NCBI GenBank assembly: GCA_028534125.1
Contig: CM052817.1
Location: 39,496,001 to 39,560,000, forward strand
Origin: Lama glama
Lineage: Eukaryota
Reading direction: 5' to 3'
Length of the DNA: 64,000 nucleotides
The position numbers and the translations under genes were made by a program. Numbering within the stretch: the first letter of the stretch is position 1; each line of letters opens with the position of its first letter. The notes below the pieces were generated by a model, which was not told where the DNA came from, searched no databases, and saw only the letters and a program-made list of their open reading frames with translations. Positions 12,830 through 26,064 of this stretch are shown here, piece after piece.

Positions 12830-13125
12830 CTGGTCTCTGACTGGCTCCTTCTCCGACTTCAGGTCTCAAGATAAATGTCACCTCTTCAGACCAAACTCCT
12901 CTATTACTTCTTATGTTCACACCCTTTTGATTTTCTTTCTAGCCCTTATCATATTATATATTGCTATGTTTGTTCATTTACTAGCTCCTTTTAAAGTTTT
13001 TAGTTCCTACTGAATTAGAACATAAGCTCCATGAGGGCAGTAATGCGGCCAATATTTTTCCATCGTAGTGACTGGCACATTGTAGAATGGTAACGAATAT
13101 TTGTTAAAAAGATAAACAAATAAAA
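12830..13125 (+). mobile_element. L2 LINE 3' end
   Basis: aaatgtcacctcttcaga...taagctccatgagggcag...tggcacattgtag...aatatttgtt. Confidence 0.8.
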
Positions 13126-13989
13126 CCATGAGTACTTAACATACATCCAGCTATCCAGCTATTAATATTTTGTTTTTTAAAATTTGGCATAATAACTTAA
13201 TCTAATTCCTTTTTTTCTTTTTTATACACTCTCCAGAACCAAAGTAGTCTAACCAGCTTAGAATTCTGTACAGAAGAATTCTATATCAAAAAAAAAATTT
13301 TTAGCAGCTTCTTTTTTAAGTGTAAATATTATCATTACAGAGAAAATGAGTATTACCCTCTTTCGTTAGGAAAGCAAAAGAAAAATACTCCTTAAAAGTT
13401 TCCACTAAGAGTGCAGGAAGAAGAAATCAGATTCTTAAAATGTGACAGCCAAGAGAAATCCTTTCCACACACTTCTATACCAAAGTGTTTAAGATGGTAT
13501 AAGGTAGCATCAGAAATCAACTCTCTAACTCTACGGTGGTAATCATTTCACAGTATATAACTGTATCAGATCTCAATCATACCTCGATAAAATTGTTTGT
13601 TTGAAAAAAGAAGTCACATTTAAACTGTCTCTCAGTTTTAGTTCATTCATTCATTCATTTATTGAATAAATATTTACTTTGGGCCCCCCTTATGTTCTAG
13701 AGACTGGGCTGAATACTGTGATGTATTTTAGCAAAGACAATATAGACACAGAGCTTAAAACCACACTACATATGTATAACTCCTTGCAATACAGGAAATG
13801 CTTTCCAATCTACAGTTTCTTAAAAGTTCCAAGCCTGGTTTTATGCTTACTGAAAATATCAAAGCATGGATTCTAGGCCCAAATCTCCAGGTAACTAAAG
13901 CAAAGAAAGCCTGAGGCTCAAAAACTAGAAAAATAACTAGGATCTCTCCAAATTGAAACAGAACAAAGTCATGTTTGTAGAACTCCATT

Positions 13990-14998
13990 TGTTTCCTTCT
14001 GTGTGGCTATAGGCCACATATTTAAAGCGAGACAATGTGAAAGTGAAAAGAAAGACATCAATCATTCTGAAAACTAAGTTGAATGCTTTGGAAATATTTG
14101 ATAAAGGCAAGTTGTTTTGACGGACAACTGTGGAAAAGAGAAAAATTTTTAAATCTGAAAGAATTTTGCACTTAGGTTTCTCCACCACAGTATATTTAAG
14201 TTCTTACTTCTCTTTAAAGAAAATGAAACAGGAAAACACGTAAGGTATTTGGCATGTCATTTATACAAGAAATATGAAAATGAGCTCCAAAAGCAGGCCC
14301 ATACTAAAATAAAACCAAAAGGAGTGAAATAAGTCAGGCAGAGAGAGACAATACTGTGTGATACACGTATATGTAGAATCTAGAAAAGGTGAACTCATGG
14401 ACAAGAGTAGAATAGTGGCTACCTGGGGTAGCAGGCTTGGGGGAATAGGTAAAGTTGGCCAGAGGATACAAACTTACAGTTATGAGATAAATTCTGGGGA
14501 ATCTACTGTACAGCCTGGTGATTATAGTTAACAATACTGCATTATATGCTTGGAAGTTTCTAAGAGAATAGATCGTAAATGTTCTCACCACAAAACAGAA
14601 ATGGTAATCATGTGAGGGGATGGTGGCATTAGCTAACATTATGGTGGTAATTATTACACAATATGTAAGTGTATCAAATTAACACGTTGTACACCTTAAA
14701 CTTACACAATGTTATATGTCAATTATATTTCAATAAAGCAGAAATAAATAAATAAATTTTTGAAAAGAAAAAATTGAGAAAAAACAAATAGATTTTAAAA
14801 AATACATACATACATACATTCAACAAAGGAAAACTCTTTATTTTTTAAAGAAATGGCAAAAAAGATACACTTAAACTTTTGAAGTTACAATAAAAGAGTT
14901 AAATTATGTATGACTTTAACAAATTCCAGTTTTAATAATTTTTCAGTTGACTAACCAAGTACCACCCCTGAACAACCTGAAAAAGAGGGCTTCTATTG
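13990..14998 (+). mobile_element. Tigger (Tc1/mariner, Tigger15a-like) relic split by an L1 insertion
   Basis: 14046-14111 translates as KRKTSIILKTKLNALEIFDKGK, resembling a Tigger/CENP-B N-terminal HTH region. The right terminus gagggcttctattg ends at 14998 and is followed by TA. Left end not located. Confidence 0.7.
14321..14760 (+). mobile_element. 5'-truncated LINE-1 3' UTR (L1MA9/10-like)
   Basis: agtgaaataagtcag...acacgttgtacaccttaaacttacacaatgttatatgtcaattatatttcaataaag followed by an A-rich tail. Confidence 0.92.
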
Positions 14999-15079
14999 TA
15001 TCTATAAGGAAATCATCAGATTGTCATGAGAATTCTAACTCCACTGGATACTAAAAACCAATAGAACAATAACTTCACT

Positions 15080-15560
15080 GTGGTGACAGGAAGTTGGAAA
15101 CGATCCAGGTGTCCATGTGTTGACAGGTCAAGTGTGATGGAGGTATCCCATGGAGCACTTGGAGCAATTAGAAGCAAGGTATACATCGAGGAACAGGAAT
15201 GGTTCCTAAAGCCATATGATGAGTGAAGAAAATTTAGGAATAAAATGAAGTACATATTTGCATAATAACCTTTATGTACATTAAAATATACACAGAGAAC
15301 AAGAATACGCTGTCAAACAAAACACATACATTAAATACATTAGAATGGTTTCTCAAAAGAAAAAGAAGAAAGGAAAAGAGTTATTGGAAGTGAGAGGTAA
15401 TGAATGCAAGCATACATAGATTCATGCAGGTACATATACATTCACATATATAAACATACATTCACATGTATATACATACATTCAAGAGGGCCCTTGCAAA
15501 GACCAATGATGATAACAAGGGGTATGATTAACTCGATCCTCTATATCCCAATTTAAAAAG
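15080..15560 (+). mobile_element. Old L1ME/HAL1-like 3' fragment
   Basis: gttggaaacgatccaggtgtccat...gagcaattagaagc...gaccaatgatgata. A related copy lies at 53430-53905. Confidence 0.55.
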
Positions 15561-15799
15561 ATATATTAATGCCCTTGGTTATTTAATTGTATTTTTGTCT
15601 TCTGTTCACAGACTGAAACCATAGCTCTGGTCAACCATTTTCTTTGCTAGAACAGTCACCAAAAAACTGGCAAAATAATTTAAATTCCATGCCTTCACAA
15701 TGGATCAAGATGTTATGCAAGGCTACTAAGTTAAGCCCCTGGTATGTTAGGAAAAAGTAGTGCCCACACAATTCACCAGCTGCTTTTAGTGGTCTACAG

Positions 15800-16440
15800 C
15801 TCTGGGTCTACAACTCTGGAACAGAGACTGTTCCAAGTACTTTACAAATGTTAATTCATTTAATTCTCAAAGTATCCCAAGGTGGGTACTACTACTACCT
15901 TTTACAGAAAAAGAAGCTGAAGTAAGAAGAGGCTATTTAATTCATCTAAAGCCACACAGCTAGTTAAGCAGCAGAATCTTAATTCAAACCCAGGAGGCCT
16001 GAACCCAGAATCTGTGTGTTAACTGCTGCACTATGTGAAGCTGCCTCTTGGATGAGGCAAAATACCCAGATGCACAAATGTCCGTTCTAATACAGATCCA
16101 GAGTCAATGCCTTCCTATAATTAATTAACAAGTGGCATTATGGAAAAATCACCAAATACTACCAAGACACTATATTAGATACTGTACATACTACTGTCTT
16201 ATCCTCTTTAGTGCTCATCCTAACAGCAGAGGAAACTGAACTCAGAAAGGTCAGTCAACTTGCTCCATGTGCCACAACTAGTAGGTAGCAGAGCAAGTAT
16301 TTGAACCCAAGCAGAACCACCATTTTGCATGACTCTGTGAAGGAACACTCGTATTGGAGGCTCCGTGAATGACATCCCTGATATGTGCTGACCATGAACC
16401 CAGATCTATCTGACTTCAAATCCAGTACTCCTTCCACTGC
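15800..16440 (-). mobile_element. Cluster of MIR SINE fragments
   Basis: Repeated antisense MIR cores (ttttacagaaaaagaagctgaa; cagaggaaactgaactcagaaagg; atctgacttcaaatccagt). Confidence 0.8.
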
Positions 16441-17454
16441 AAAGCCTTAGAATCAAATACGGCCTTAGAGCATAATCAAACACAGTGACAAATGACTCTG
16501 CAAGGCTTTGCCATAGATTGGCATTTCAATACTATTAGATCTTGAATACTCAGTGCTCAGATTGCTCTCTTACTTCAGGAATATGATTTCAGCCTATTCC
16601 TCTTTGTTCATTTCTCTGGTCTTCAAATTACAAATTCCATCAAGCCACCACAACATTATAAAATTCATTAAGTATTTAGGGAAACAACTCTTGACAGATA
16701 TTCCACTGCGCTGAAAAATCTCTTCATTCTTAGTAGAATAATCAAAGTATAGTTTTTAAATGATCTTTTCTGATAGCATGTAGCCTGTTAGTAAGCATTT
16801 TCCTAACCTTATCATTCATTCATCCATTCATTTCTGAGTTTATTCAGTTTTCATTATGTGCCAGATATTCTTTGAAAATATTATTTAACTAACTTTAAAT
16901 TTAGTTGGAAAATTCTATAATTAAGCAACCACAATATATCTGAGGTGACTTCGACCATCTCATTATATTCTTTTCAGTGGTTCATCTTTCTTTGCTCTAT
17001 TGATTACTTTTGTTAGCATCTTTCTAAACGATTGCTAATACCTGTTGGAGACAGTAAACACTACAATCTGAGGATCAGCTACTTCTCTGCATAATCAAAA
17101 GGCAAGTGGTACAAAAAGATGCAGTGGGGGATGCCATGTGATGTGCCCATTGCCAAGGGAGAAGATGTGTGTGTGTGTGAGTCTGTCAGAAGAGGTCAAC
17201 TCTGAGGACCCATTCTCCAGCACATCACAGCGTTAAGACCATGTAAAGGACCCACCTCTCAAACACTGCCTTGGAGTTTTTCTCACGACACCTTGACCCT
17301 CCCGCCATTCTTCCAAAGGGAAATACATAAGTAAATGATGGCCTCTGCCTAGTGAAAGAGAAGACTATATGATAAGATACAAAATGTTTTTGAACCCCTA
17401 GAAACTAAGAACAGGTAGCTTCAGTGTTTTGAATAGTTAAACATGACATAAACA

Positions 17455-17815
17455 GAGTAACAATAATGTATACTTCCAAGGCATGTACCATGTGCTAGGC
17501 ACTATTCAAAGTGACTTTCGTATATTTAATCTCGTTAAATCTTCACAACAACCTTATCAGGTGGGTTAATTTTCATCTCCACTTTATAAGGGAGGAAAGA
17601 AGAAAAAGCCTGGGGGGGAATCCAAATCCTTAAAACAACTAACAATTATGAGCACTTACTATGTGCTAGGTCCTATCTTTGGAGGTACTAATAATGCATT
17701 TAATCTTCACGTTGCCATCCCTATTTTACAGAAGAGGAAACTGAGGCACAATTGATAAACAGTGGAGCTGAGATTAAAACCCAGGCCCAGATCCTACACT
17801 CTTAAGCACTGCTCT
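17455..17815 (-). mobile_element. Two adjacent MIR SINE fragments
   Basis: atgtgctaggcactatt...tcttcacaacaacc; gagcacttactatgtgctagg...attttacagaagaggaaactgaggcac. Confidence 0.85.
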
Positions 17816-18078
17816 CTACAGCCAGGAACTGACCAAAGGTTAGCAGAGGAAAGCATGCTGGGTTATCATTTCCATAATTCAAATAACAAATTAATATATA
17901 CCTTTGAAAGATCAATGTCTTAAGGGTATATTATATGGCAGCAAATCTTAATAATCTAGACACAATTACTAAATAATTGCATATCCACGTAAGAGTTCAG
18001 TCATATATTCCTCCAAGAAGACTTCTCCTACCTGGCTCTGCCACTGACCCCCTACCCCACAAAGGTAATCACTTTCTC

Positions 18079-18793
18079 TGAAACATAGCAGGACCCTATG
18101 GGGCTTTCCCAGGACAGACCTTCCCCCATGTCCTCTGCCTGCCTCTTGTCTGTAGAAAAACTTTAGTCAAAGAATAAGTTTAATCAGAGAAATAAGAAAA
18201 TACAGAAACAAAGGGAAATAGTTAAGCAAAATGGAATAATAACAGTTAAGTCATTAAACAAAGTCAAGGACCTTTAGTTCCTCCTCAGGGGCTGTAGATA
18301 ATGTCTGAGCCGTATCCTTTGAGTTGTCTTGTAGAGGCTGAAACCCCCACCAGGTGGGAGGAGTTAACTACATGATGACCAGACTGTAGCCATGACATAA
18401 GCTGCCACAATTCTGAGAACCAGCCTCAAACAAATAGGAACAAACTGACCCTGGAACTGAAGATTAACTGTACTTAAAACAATCGAGTTGATGCTGATCA
18501 GATCACTACATGACTAATTTCTGGATGACTGTCAGAGCTGACTGTGCTGTTCTGCATGGAGCCCCCTCCTTCTGCCTGTACACCCCTGACAATCCCCTTT
18601 AAAAGCTCTTACCCCTAATTATCAGTGGGGTGGCAGTAAGGGGTGGGGGATTGGCCTTTGGATGGGAGTCTGCCTTCCCCCTCACTGATGGCCAGCCTCC
18701 AGAAAAAAAGCAAACTTCTCTTTTACCAATATGTGCCTCCCTTTGTATTATTGGCTTTCCATGGCAAGCAGCCAGACCTGTGTTTCGGTAACA
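18079..18793 (+). mobile_element. Solo ERV1-class LTR (about 715 bp) inserted in an L2 remnant
   Basis: TG...CA termini (tgaaacatagcagg...tttcggtaaca) and a 4-bp TSD tctc/cctc with one mismatch. L2 3' end sequence resumes at 18794-19000. Confidence 0.85.
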
Positions 18794-19509
18794 CCTCCTC
18801 TTCACTTTATAATTCTTTAATTGTTATATTTCTATTGTTACATTCTGGGACTATAATTTTTTACAGCACATTTGTCTCTCCCCAGACTCTGGCTTTTTTA
18901 GGTCAGAGACTCTTTTTTCCGTTCTCTATTCCTAGCATCATGCACAATGTCTGGCACAGGGTTGGCCTCAAACTGCTATTTGTTTAATGAATCAATGAAT
19001 GATCCACATTCTGAGGAAACAAGAGTCACTGGCATAGGTAGTCCCAGTCTATCACTCCCGATTTTGGCAATAGAATTATGAACATGGTAAGAATATGAAG
19101 CTAATGTGGTCAGAAAGATCTGGCACTGAGATAGATAAATGCCAGTTGACCACAGATACAGGAATGAGTCTAGCTGAGACCAGCTAAGCTCAGTCTAAAC
19201 CAATGGAACAACACAGCTGACTCATAAGTCGTAATAAATGGCTATTGTTTCAAGCATTGAATGTTGGGGTGCTTTGTTATGCAGCAATAGCTATCTCACA
19301 TGGGCAACTTCGAAAAAGATTGTTTTGTTGGATTTGTTCACATACTGAAAGAGAAAAAGAAATGTACTCTTGGAACCCAAAAGGTAATACAAAATAACCA
19401 AAACACCCCCTCAGGTCAACAGACAAAATATTTAAGAAATGGTACATTCAGAACCTTTAGTGTGTTCAAAAGCCAGCTCAGAACTCCATAGTCTCAGAAA
19501 GTATTATCC

Positions 19510-20070
19510 ATTTATTCATTCCTTCATTCATTTGTTTATTCATTCCTCAGACATTTTAATGCCTGATATATACAACATAGTTATACTCTAGAAATGCAGG
19601 CAATAATAAGAGATTCCTTGGCCTAAAAGTGTTTCACACTAGTGCTTTACCAGTAAGGGGCATAGATCTATTGGGAAGAAGTGCAGTAAAGTGTTGCAGG
19701 TGCCATAATAAACACACAGCAGAGGTCCAAGGGAGGGCGTGGTTGATCCGCACGTTTGGGTTGGGAGGCAGGAAGGGGTAGGGGTTGAGTCAATCAGGAA
19801 AAGCTTCAGAAAGAGTTAGCTCTTTTGAATTGAACCTTCCTAGATAAGTATTTGTTCTTCAACTGGATGGAGAACATTCCAGGCAGAAGATGTGAACGAA
19901 GTCAAAGAAGTGTGGATCCTACCAGTGTGCCCAGGATGGCTGGGACATTCAGGGCCAGGCGAAGCTAAGGGAGAAACAATGTCAGGGAGGTGAGCAGTCA
20001 CCTTTTCTTTGATCCATCCACCTTGGACAAAAAATGCCACAGGGACAACACTCTCCATTTTGCAAACTTT
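19510..20070 (-). mobile_element. L2 LINE 3' portion
   Basis: Starts with the antisense L2 tail (ttcattccttcattcatttg) and contains gaacattccaggcagaag. Confidence 0.7.
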
Positions 20071-20244
20071 GCAAACTGTGTAAAATGTAAACCCCTTACC
20101 ATGTGCACCAAGACCTCACCAGCCTCATCCATTGCTGGTGTTCTATGCCAGGCACTCACATTACTCACAATCTCTTTCACATCTCTGTGCAACCCGTTCC
20201 CTTTGCATATAATTCTCTTCCCCATGCTCTTTGTCTGCCTAATC

Positions 20245-20846
20245 CAGAGGTCTCAACCTGGTGGCACATGACCTGTGTACATGTTTTCTTCCATCCATAG
20301 AGGGCTTACATTTTAAATTGTTTCCCAACATAAATTTTGGATATTTAATGGAGTGGGAGGGTGGGTCTTGATTTCTGGCTTATCTAGAGGGAAAAGGAGA
20401 ATTATCTAGCTATCATTTCTGAAAAACAGTAGTTGGTTGGAGTCTCCATCACCCCCTTTTGTCTCTTAAATGCTAAGGCTGAGTATCAGTTGCCACAGAT
20501 CACATAACTTACATGGTTGTCTTTTTTATAGAAAAGCAATAAATGTGGTGAATGCCATGGGCACCAAATCCAGACTACCTAGGTCTGAGTCCTGATTATG
20601 CTACTCCAGGGCAACAAGACCTTACACTGGTTGTTCAATCTTTGTGCTTCAGTCTCCTCAACAGTAGAATAGAGATAATAATAGGAAGGAAAAGAAGAAG
20701 AAAAATTAAATAAATGAATACAAATAAAGTACCAAGAACAGTGAATGTCTTGCACTGAATTGCTGTTTTGCTTTATTTTTTTAAAAGGTTGTTTTCATTT
20801 ATATTATGTTCCTGACTCCTCCAGGAGTTTGAGTTTGCAACCCCTG
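20245..20846. mobile_element. hAT-Charlie non-autonomous element (MER102-like) with a nested MIR-like segment (about 20540-20760)
   Basis: Degenerate TIRs cagaggtctcaacc / gtttgcaacccctg, and 8-bp flanks gcctaatc/tcctaacc (6 of 8 match). Confidence 0.65.
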
Positions 20847-21619
20847 TCCTAACCAAATCCTACTGTCCTTGTAACAACTCAAAGACTATTTCTTCTGTGC
20901 ATTTTATAAGTGCTCCAGGGTGTGCCCTGTGTTTATTTGGTTATATGCTTGCCTCTCTCATTAGACAGAGAGTTTCATGAGAGCATGAACCATGTCTTAT
21001 TCATTTTTATTTTAATCTCCTGCTCCAAGCACAGTGCCAGCTACATAAAAACTGCTCAGTAAATGTCACTGAATCAATGTTAATCTCTCCTACTCTAGAT
21101 ACCTTAAAGCATTTATATACAGTTTGATTTGTATTAAGTAATTTGTTCTTTTTTGGCTGGTGCTTTGCAAAAGTTCTTCATCATCTTCTGTGTGTGAGCT
21201 TTGGTCCTCAGCTACTTTGTGAGTGGACGGCAGGGCCATAACTTCCTTTCTTTTGAATTAAGCCTTCGCACAAGACATAGTAGCATCTGCCCTTATTTGG
21301 ATACACACACACTCCACACAGTAGAATTGTAAATGTTTGAATAGCTCCAGAGTGGTCCGGGAACTGGTCATATCCTCATATAATGTCACCAGCATCCAGA
21401 GTTACTTGGAGGATGAGAATGAATGGCGTTCATCAGTTGTTGCTCTGTCTTTCATTCTCTTTCCTCTATTATCACTAGCTCATCTACCAGGAATGGCAGG
21501 AAGAACATGAGAAAGATTCTCTGGGATTATCTAGGCTCTAGAAATAGTTAGAGCCCAGGAGAACACTGCTCAAATGGAAGAAAGAAGGGGAGAAAATTAA
21601 CATTCATTGAGCAACAATT

Positions 21620-21685
21620 ACTTATACATCACACACACATACATGTATATGTATATGTACATGTATGTGTGTGTGATGTATAAGT
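21620..21685. repeat. Inverted repeat with 28-bp perfect arms and a 10-nt spacer
   Basis: acttatacatcacacacacatacatgta (21620-21647) is the exact reverse complement of 21658-21685. It sits inside an antisense MIR (about 21590-21850). Confidence 0.95.
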
Positions 21686-22509
21686 TTCCTAAAACAATTT
21701 TATGAAGTATAGGAAGTACCTGCACTTCATAGGAAGAAACTGATGCTATAAGGAGTTATGTCATTGCTTAAAGTCAACCAACCCATAAGGGTTAGAACCA
21801 GATGTTGGACCCAGGTTCGTCAGTCCGAATATCCATGCTCCTTCCACTATTCCACACCAACCCAAGACAGCAGATTGAGAAAAGACATGCTAACTTTCTA
21901 AACAGGAGAATTGAATACAAGTGTCAGGATAACAGAAGCTAAGCATGAAGCACCATTTGAAATACTATAACTAAAAATAAGAAAAGTACTGAGACCTCCA
22001 AAACAGATCCTCACATATGACAGCCATTGATCAATTTTTCCATTTTATTCAGCATGAATAAATAATTCTCTTCTACACTGTACAACATGGAAGGATTTGG
22101 GGAGTTTAGAGTACAGATCACAGACAAAACACACATAAAAGGAGCAGACAATGAATAGTCAAGTGGGGATTTCCTCTCTTTGTAACAACACTAGAGGAAG
22201 AGGTAGAATGGTTTCCTTAGGTGAAAACCTCATTTTTTCCCAAATATTAACTCATTGTGTTATATTACTGATGATTTTGAATCACGAGTTTCTAGTTTTT
22301 CTGCTTCTTTTCTTAAACGAAAGGCAATCTCTAGCTGGTAATGACTACCTTCACTCCTCATCTCGGACAGCTATTGGACAGCTATTGTACTTTTGGAGTT
22401 ACCTTCAGCACCAATGGCCTGCAAGATCTGGATATTCTGCCTGAAGATCTGGCATCCATTGATTTATCTTAAGAAAGTTCTTCAACTCTACTAACTTCTA
22501 CTAATACTA

Positions 22510-22690
22510 GTAACTAACTTTTATTGATGCCCACTATGTACCAGCACTGTGTTAAGTGTGCCACACAGGTTATCTCATTTCATCCTCATGACAATCTAAC
22601 AGATTAGAATGATTATTATTGTTCATGTTGTGAAGAAATTGAGGCACAGAGATATTCAGAAACTTGTCAAAGATCACAGAGTTAGGAAGT
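22510..22690 (-). mobile_element. MIR SINE
   Basis: ttattgatgcccactatgtaccagcactgtgttaagtg...gaaattgaggcacagag. Confidence 0.85.
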
Positions 22691-24114
22691 AAAATGGTGA
22701 TGCCAGAATGTTACTATTGTCTGGACATGATGGTTGAGTCCATCCTAGATGTTAACTGAAATCATTGCTGTAAGTCCAGTCTTCCCTACGTGCAAATGGC
22801 TGTGGAGTTCCTAAATAAAGAATGATAATCCCTGAACATGGAGAAATTGCTTTTAATAGCTATGTCTACCGTAAATCAAGGATGGAGAAGCCAGTTAGGA
22901 AGGTTAAACAATTGTATCTTTACTTTTAATGGCTCATCCTGAGTCATTCCAGGATGAAATAACTAGCTATCATGAAATGTGACCTCAGGTTCGGGATCAT
23001 GCAGCCCACATTTTTGCTGTTGAGGACCTAGAATTATGTGATTCTATACTTACATTATTATTAACTTTCTGGATTTGATCATGCACTGTGATCTATTCTG
23101 TTCAAACAGAATGTCTAGGTTTCCAAGTCCATTCTGTTGGAAGATTGGAATAGCTCAAAAAGAAGGCAACCAGAGGCATAGACTTGACTATGGCAGGGGA
23201 AGATAAACGTGTGTGGGTGTAGATGTCAAATGGGACGAAACCTGGGAGAAAATTACTGCAGAAAGCAAAATAATCAATCAGTGATGTCAGATGACAAGGA
23301 TGATCAGAATCTATAGATGGGGCTGGATTCCAAATCAGGTTTAAGATCAAGAGAAAGTAGTACAAAGGAAATGCTTGAACAGGAACATGTGAGTCACAAG
23401 ATAATCAAATGTAGGTTCTTCAATCTTGTTTTTTGATGTCTGAAGATCACCCAAGATAGCCTAGTCTTAATTGGTAAACACATGCTCAATGTGGATCAAC
23501 AGTTCCTTCAAGACAGATTCCATGTTTATAAGAAATTCCTCCAAAGGTTAGAACTTCAAATGACCAGAATGTGCTGTCATTTTTGTGGGAATTGAATGAG
23601 TAGACTCTGAAACCCTGGGGAAACTGTAACTATCTAAGATAATTTTGAATTCTGTCTATAATACAAGCATGTTGGGCAACTGATTAGGACAGTAAACTTC
23701 AAATTTATTTTTAGCAGTCCAAGTTTTTTTATTTCATTTGTGAACATCAAATAAGTGAACCAAAAACAGACTGGCTGGTGAAGACAGCCCAGAGTCACAA
23801 CCACTCTCTGTCCTTCAAGCACTCCATGAAATTATGTCAGTTTCTGCTCTGAAGACTTATTAATCATGACCACTTGAATGTTAGCCAACTTCTCCTTTAT
23901 TATAATACTAAGAAAGGAAGCAAAAATACTTTAAAAGACATTTAAACATACTAAAAAAGAAACTAAGAATACCAAAAATAGGAGAATCTTTAACCTTCCT
24001 GTTACGGTGGGAAGTGGATCTATTTTCTGAAAATGTATTCTAGGGACAAGTTGGTGCAAAATAGTTCTAGAAATAATGAAAGAACTAAAATTTTCTACTA
24101 AACCTGTATCAAGT

Positions 24115-24669
24115 TGTAAGGGAGCAAAATTTGCCAACCCAAAATATCTCTTTGGCATGCAGATTATTTTGAGCTAAAATCAAAGGCCAAAAGACTTGGG
24201 AAGAACCTTTGCACTTCCCCCCAACTGCCTAAAGATTGTAGATAGAGGACCCTTCCAGGAAGGAAGCTATCACCGTAGGTAACTATGGTATGAACTAGGA
24301 ATAGTAGACAGGGAAGAACCTAACAAAGTCTGTTTGCCAAGCTTCCTCTCTGTGTCCCACTGTCTCTGCATAGCCCAGCAAATATTTGCTTACCAAACAT
24401 TTGCTTTTCCATCACCATATCTTCAATTGCCTTCCTCCTCTTGGAAGTCCCAAACCACTAACCTCAACATCCTCTCTTGTCTTTAGCTAAAGATGGTATT
24501 TATGGTGAGGGCTTTGAATATTGTGGCAAGCCACTCAGTTTTATAGGCCTCTTCCATGTATACATGTTATTAAGTTTTTGTTTGATTTCTTCCTGTTAAT
24601 ACGTCTCATGTTAATTTATTCTTAGACTAACTTACAAGAAGGTAGAGGAAAATTGCTTCCTCTCTGACA
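24115..24669 (+). mobile_element. Solo ERV1 LTR (MER34-like, 555 bp)
   Basis: Begins tgtaagggagcaaaatttgccaacccaaaatat and ends ctctgaca, with a perfect 4-bp TSD aagt (24111-24114 and 24670-24673). Confidence 0.92.
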
Positions 24670-25471
24670 AAGTACAAGGGCAAAACTAGATGTAGAGATT
24701 ATTTGTACATTCTTTGTATATTCTGTACTGAGGTCCTGTCTGAGTTTTTATTCACTTTCTTTTCACTTGAGTTCAGTAGCTCCAGATAATATCAGAAGAG
24801 TTTGTGAATCAAAAATCAGTGCTTTTACTTTTTAGTTATTTTTATATTGGGACCATGAAACTCTGTAAGTGAAGAAACAAAGCTGTTTTCAAATCTAGAT
24901 TTAGATCAGGGACTGGAATCTGACTTAAAATACAAATATATTTACTGAAATATATATTATCAGTGGGATACTGAAGTCAACTTTTCTAAAGGGAATTTCT
25001 TTATGGTTTGCTATTTAATTCTAGGGTGAGGGATCCATATGTGAATATTAATAAGGTAGCACACAAAACTTTACCTACAACTTGAATTGAAAGTGGACTA
25101 TGAAAACTGTAAAAATAGTACTTATTTTCCATAATGAAAAGAAGTAACAAAAAACTTCAAAATTACAATAGAGTGAGTGGTTGAATAGAGCACAAAGAGA
25201 AGCTCACCACATAGAACAGAAACTAGAGTAGGTTTTGCCTATTGGTTGGCAGAGTCTGTTTGGAATCTTACATGGAGAATGATTCAGAAGAAACCCTGGG
25301 CTCACCTTGAAAGAGTGCCCTGGTTGACCAGCAATATGTACTGTGGCCCTGGTGTCAGGGAGAGGTAGTAATACGTCAGGTGTTTTCTATTGCTGATTTA
25401 GTCCCCCCAAAATTTAAGATATTAAGATATTAGATATTAAGATATTAGGAATGAATAAATCTGCATGATAC

Positions 25472-25800
25472 ATGTATTAGTCAAAATAGGCTAGGCAGGT
25501 CTAAGGTAATAAATATAACCCAAATTCTCAATGACTAACACAATAAAGGTGTGTTTGCCAGTCAATCAAAGTCTGAAGCAGCCCTCCTCCATCTTGCAGG
25601 TGGACCATCTATACTCTGGCCTCCAAGATCACTGTGGCCAAGGGAGTAAGTGGGAAGACGGTAGGTGATATCTGAAAAGGCTACCCTGAAACTGGCCTGC
25701 ATCCATGGCACCTACCCACTATGGGCCAGGATCCAATCACACGGCCCGTATCTAGCTGGAACACGTGGCTACTGGGGGAACATTAGCAGCTTCTGCCACA
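25472..25800 (-). mobile_element. MaLR LTR fragment (old MLT1)
   Basis: tgtattagtcaaaataggctagg...cccaaattctcaatgactaacacaataaagg...cttctgccaca. Confidence 0.7.
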
Positions 25801-26064
25801 GGACATGAAGGCAACCTGTGAAACTGATTCTGGGCTTTTTCTAGGACAAGGAAGTTATGGTTATTCAATTAATTTAACGTCATACTGGCCTATGTGGCAG
25901 GCAAAGAGCATTTCCTCTTACCTAAGCCTGAAGGTGAAAAAGAAGTGAAAATAAACTTCAACCAATCAGGACAAAATGAGAGCTGCAAACTGGTCATGAG
26001 TCAACAAGAAGCACATGTTGTCCAATCCTAGATCCTTACTTTCCTGCCCTAGTGGTTAATAGAG

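Noticed and set aside
25414..25448. Short (AAGATATT)n array as a CRISPR-like or functional repeat
   Set aside because: It is a simple slippage repeat without spacers, in eukaryotic DNA.
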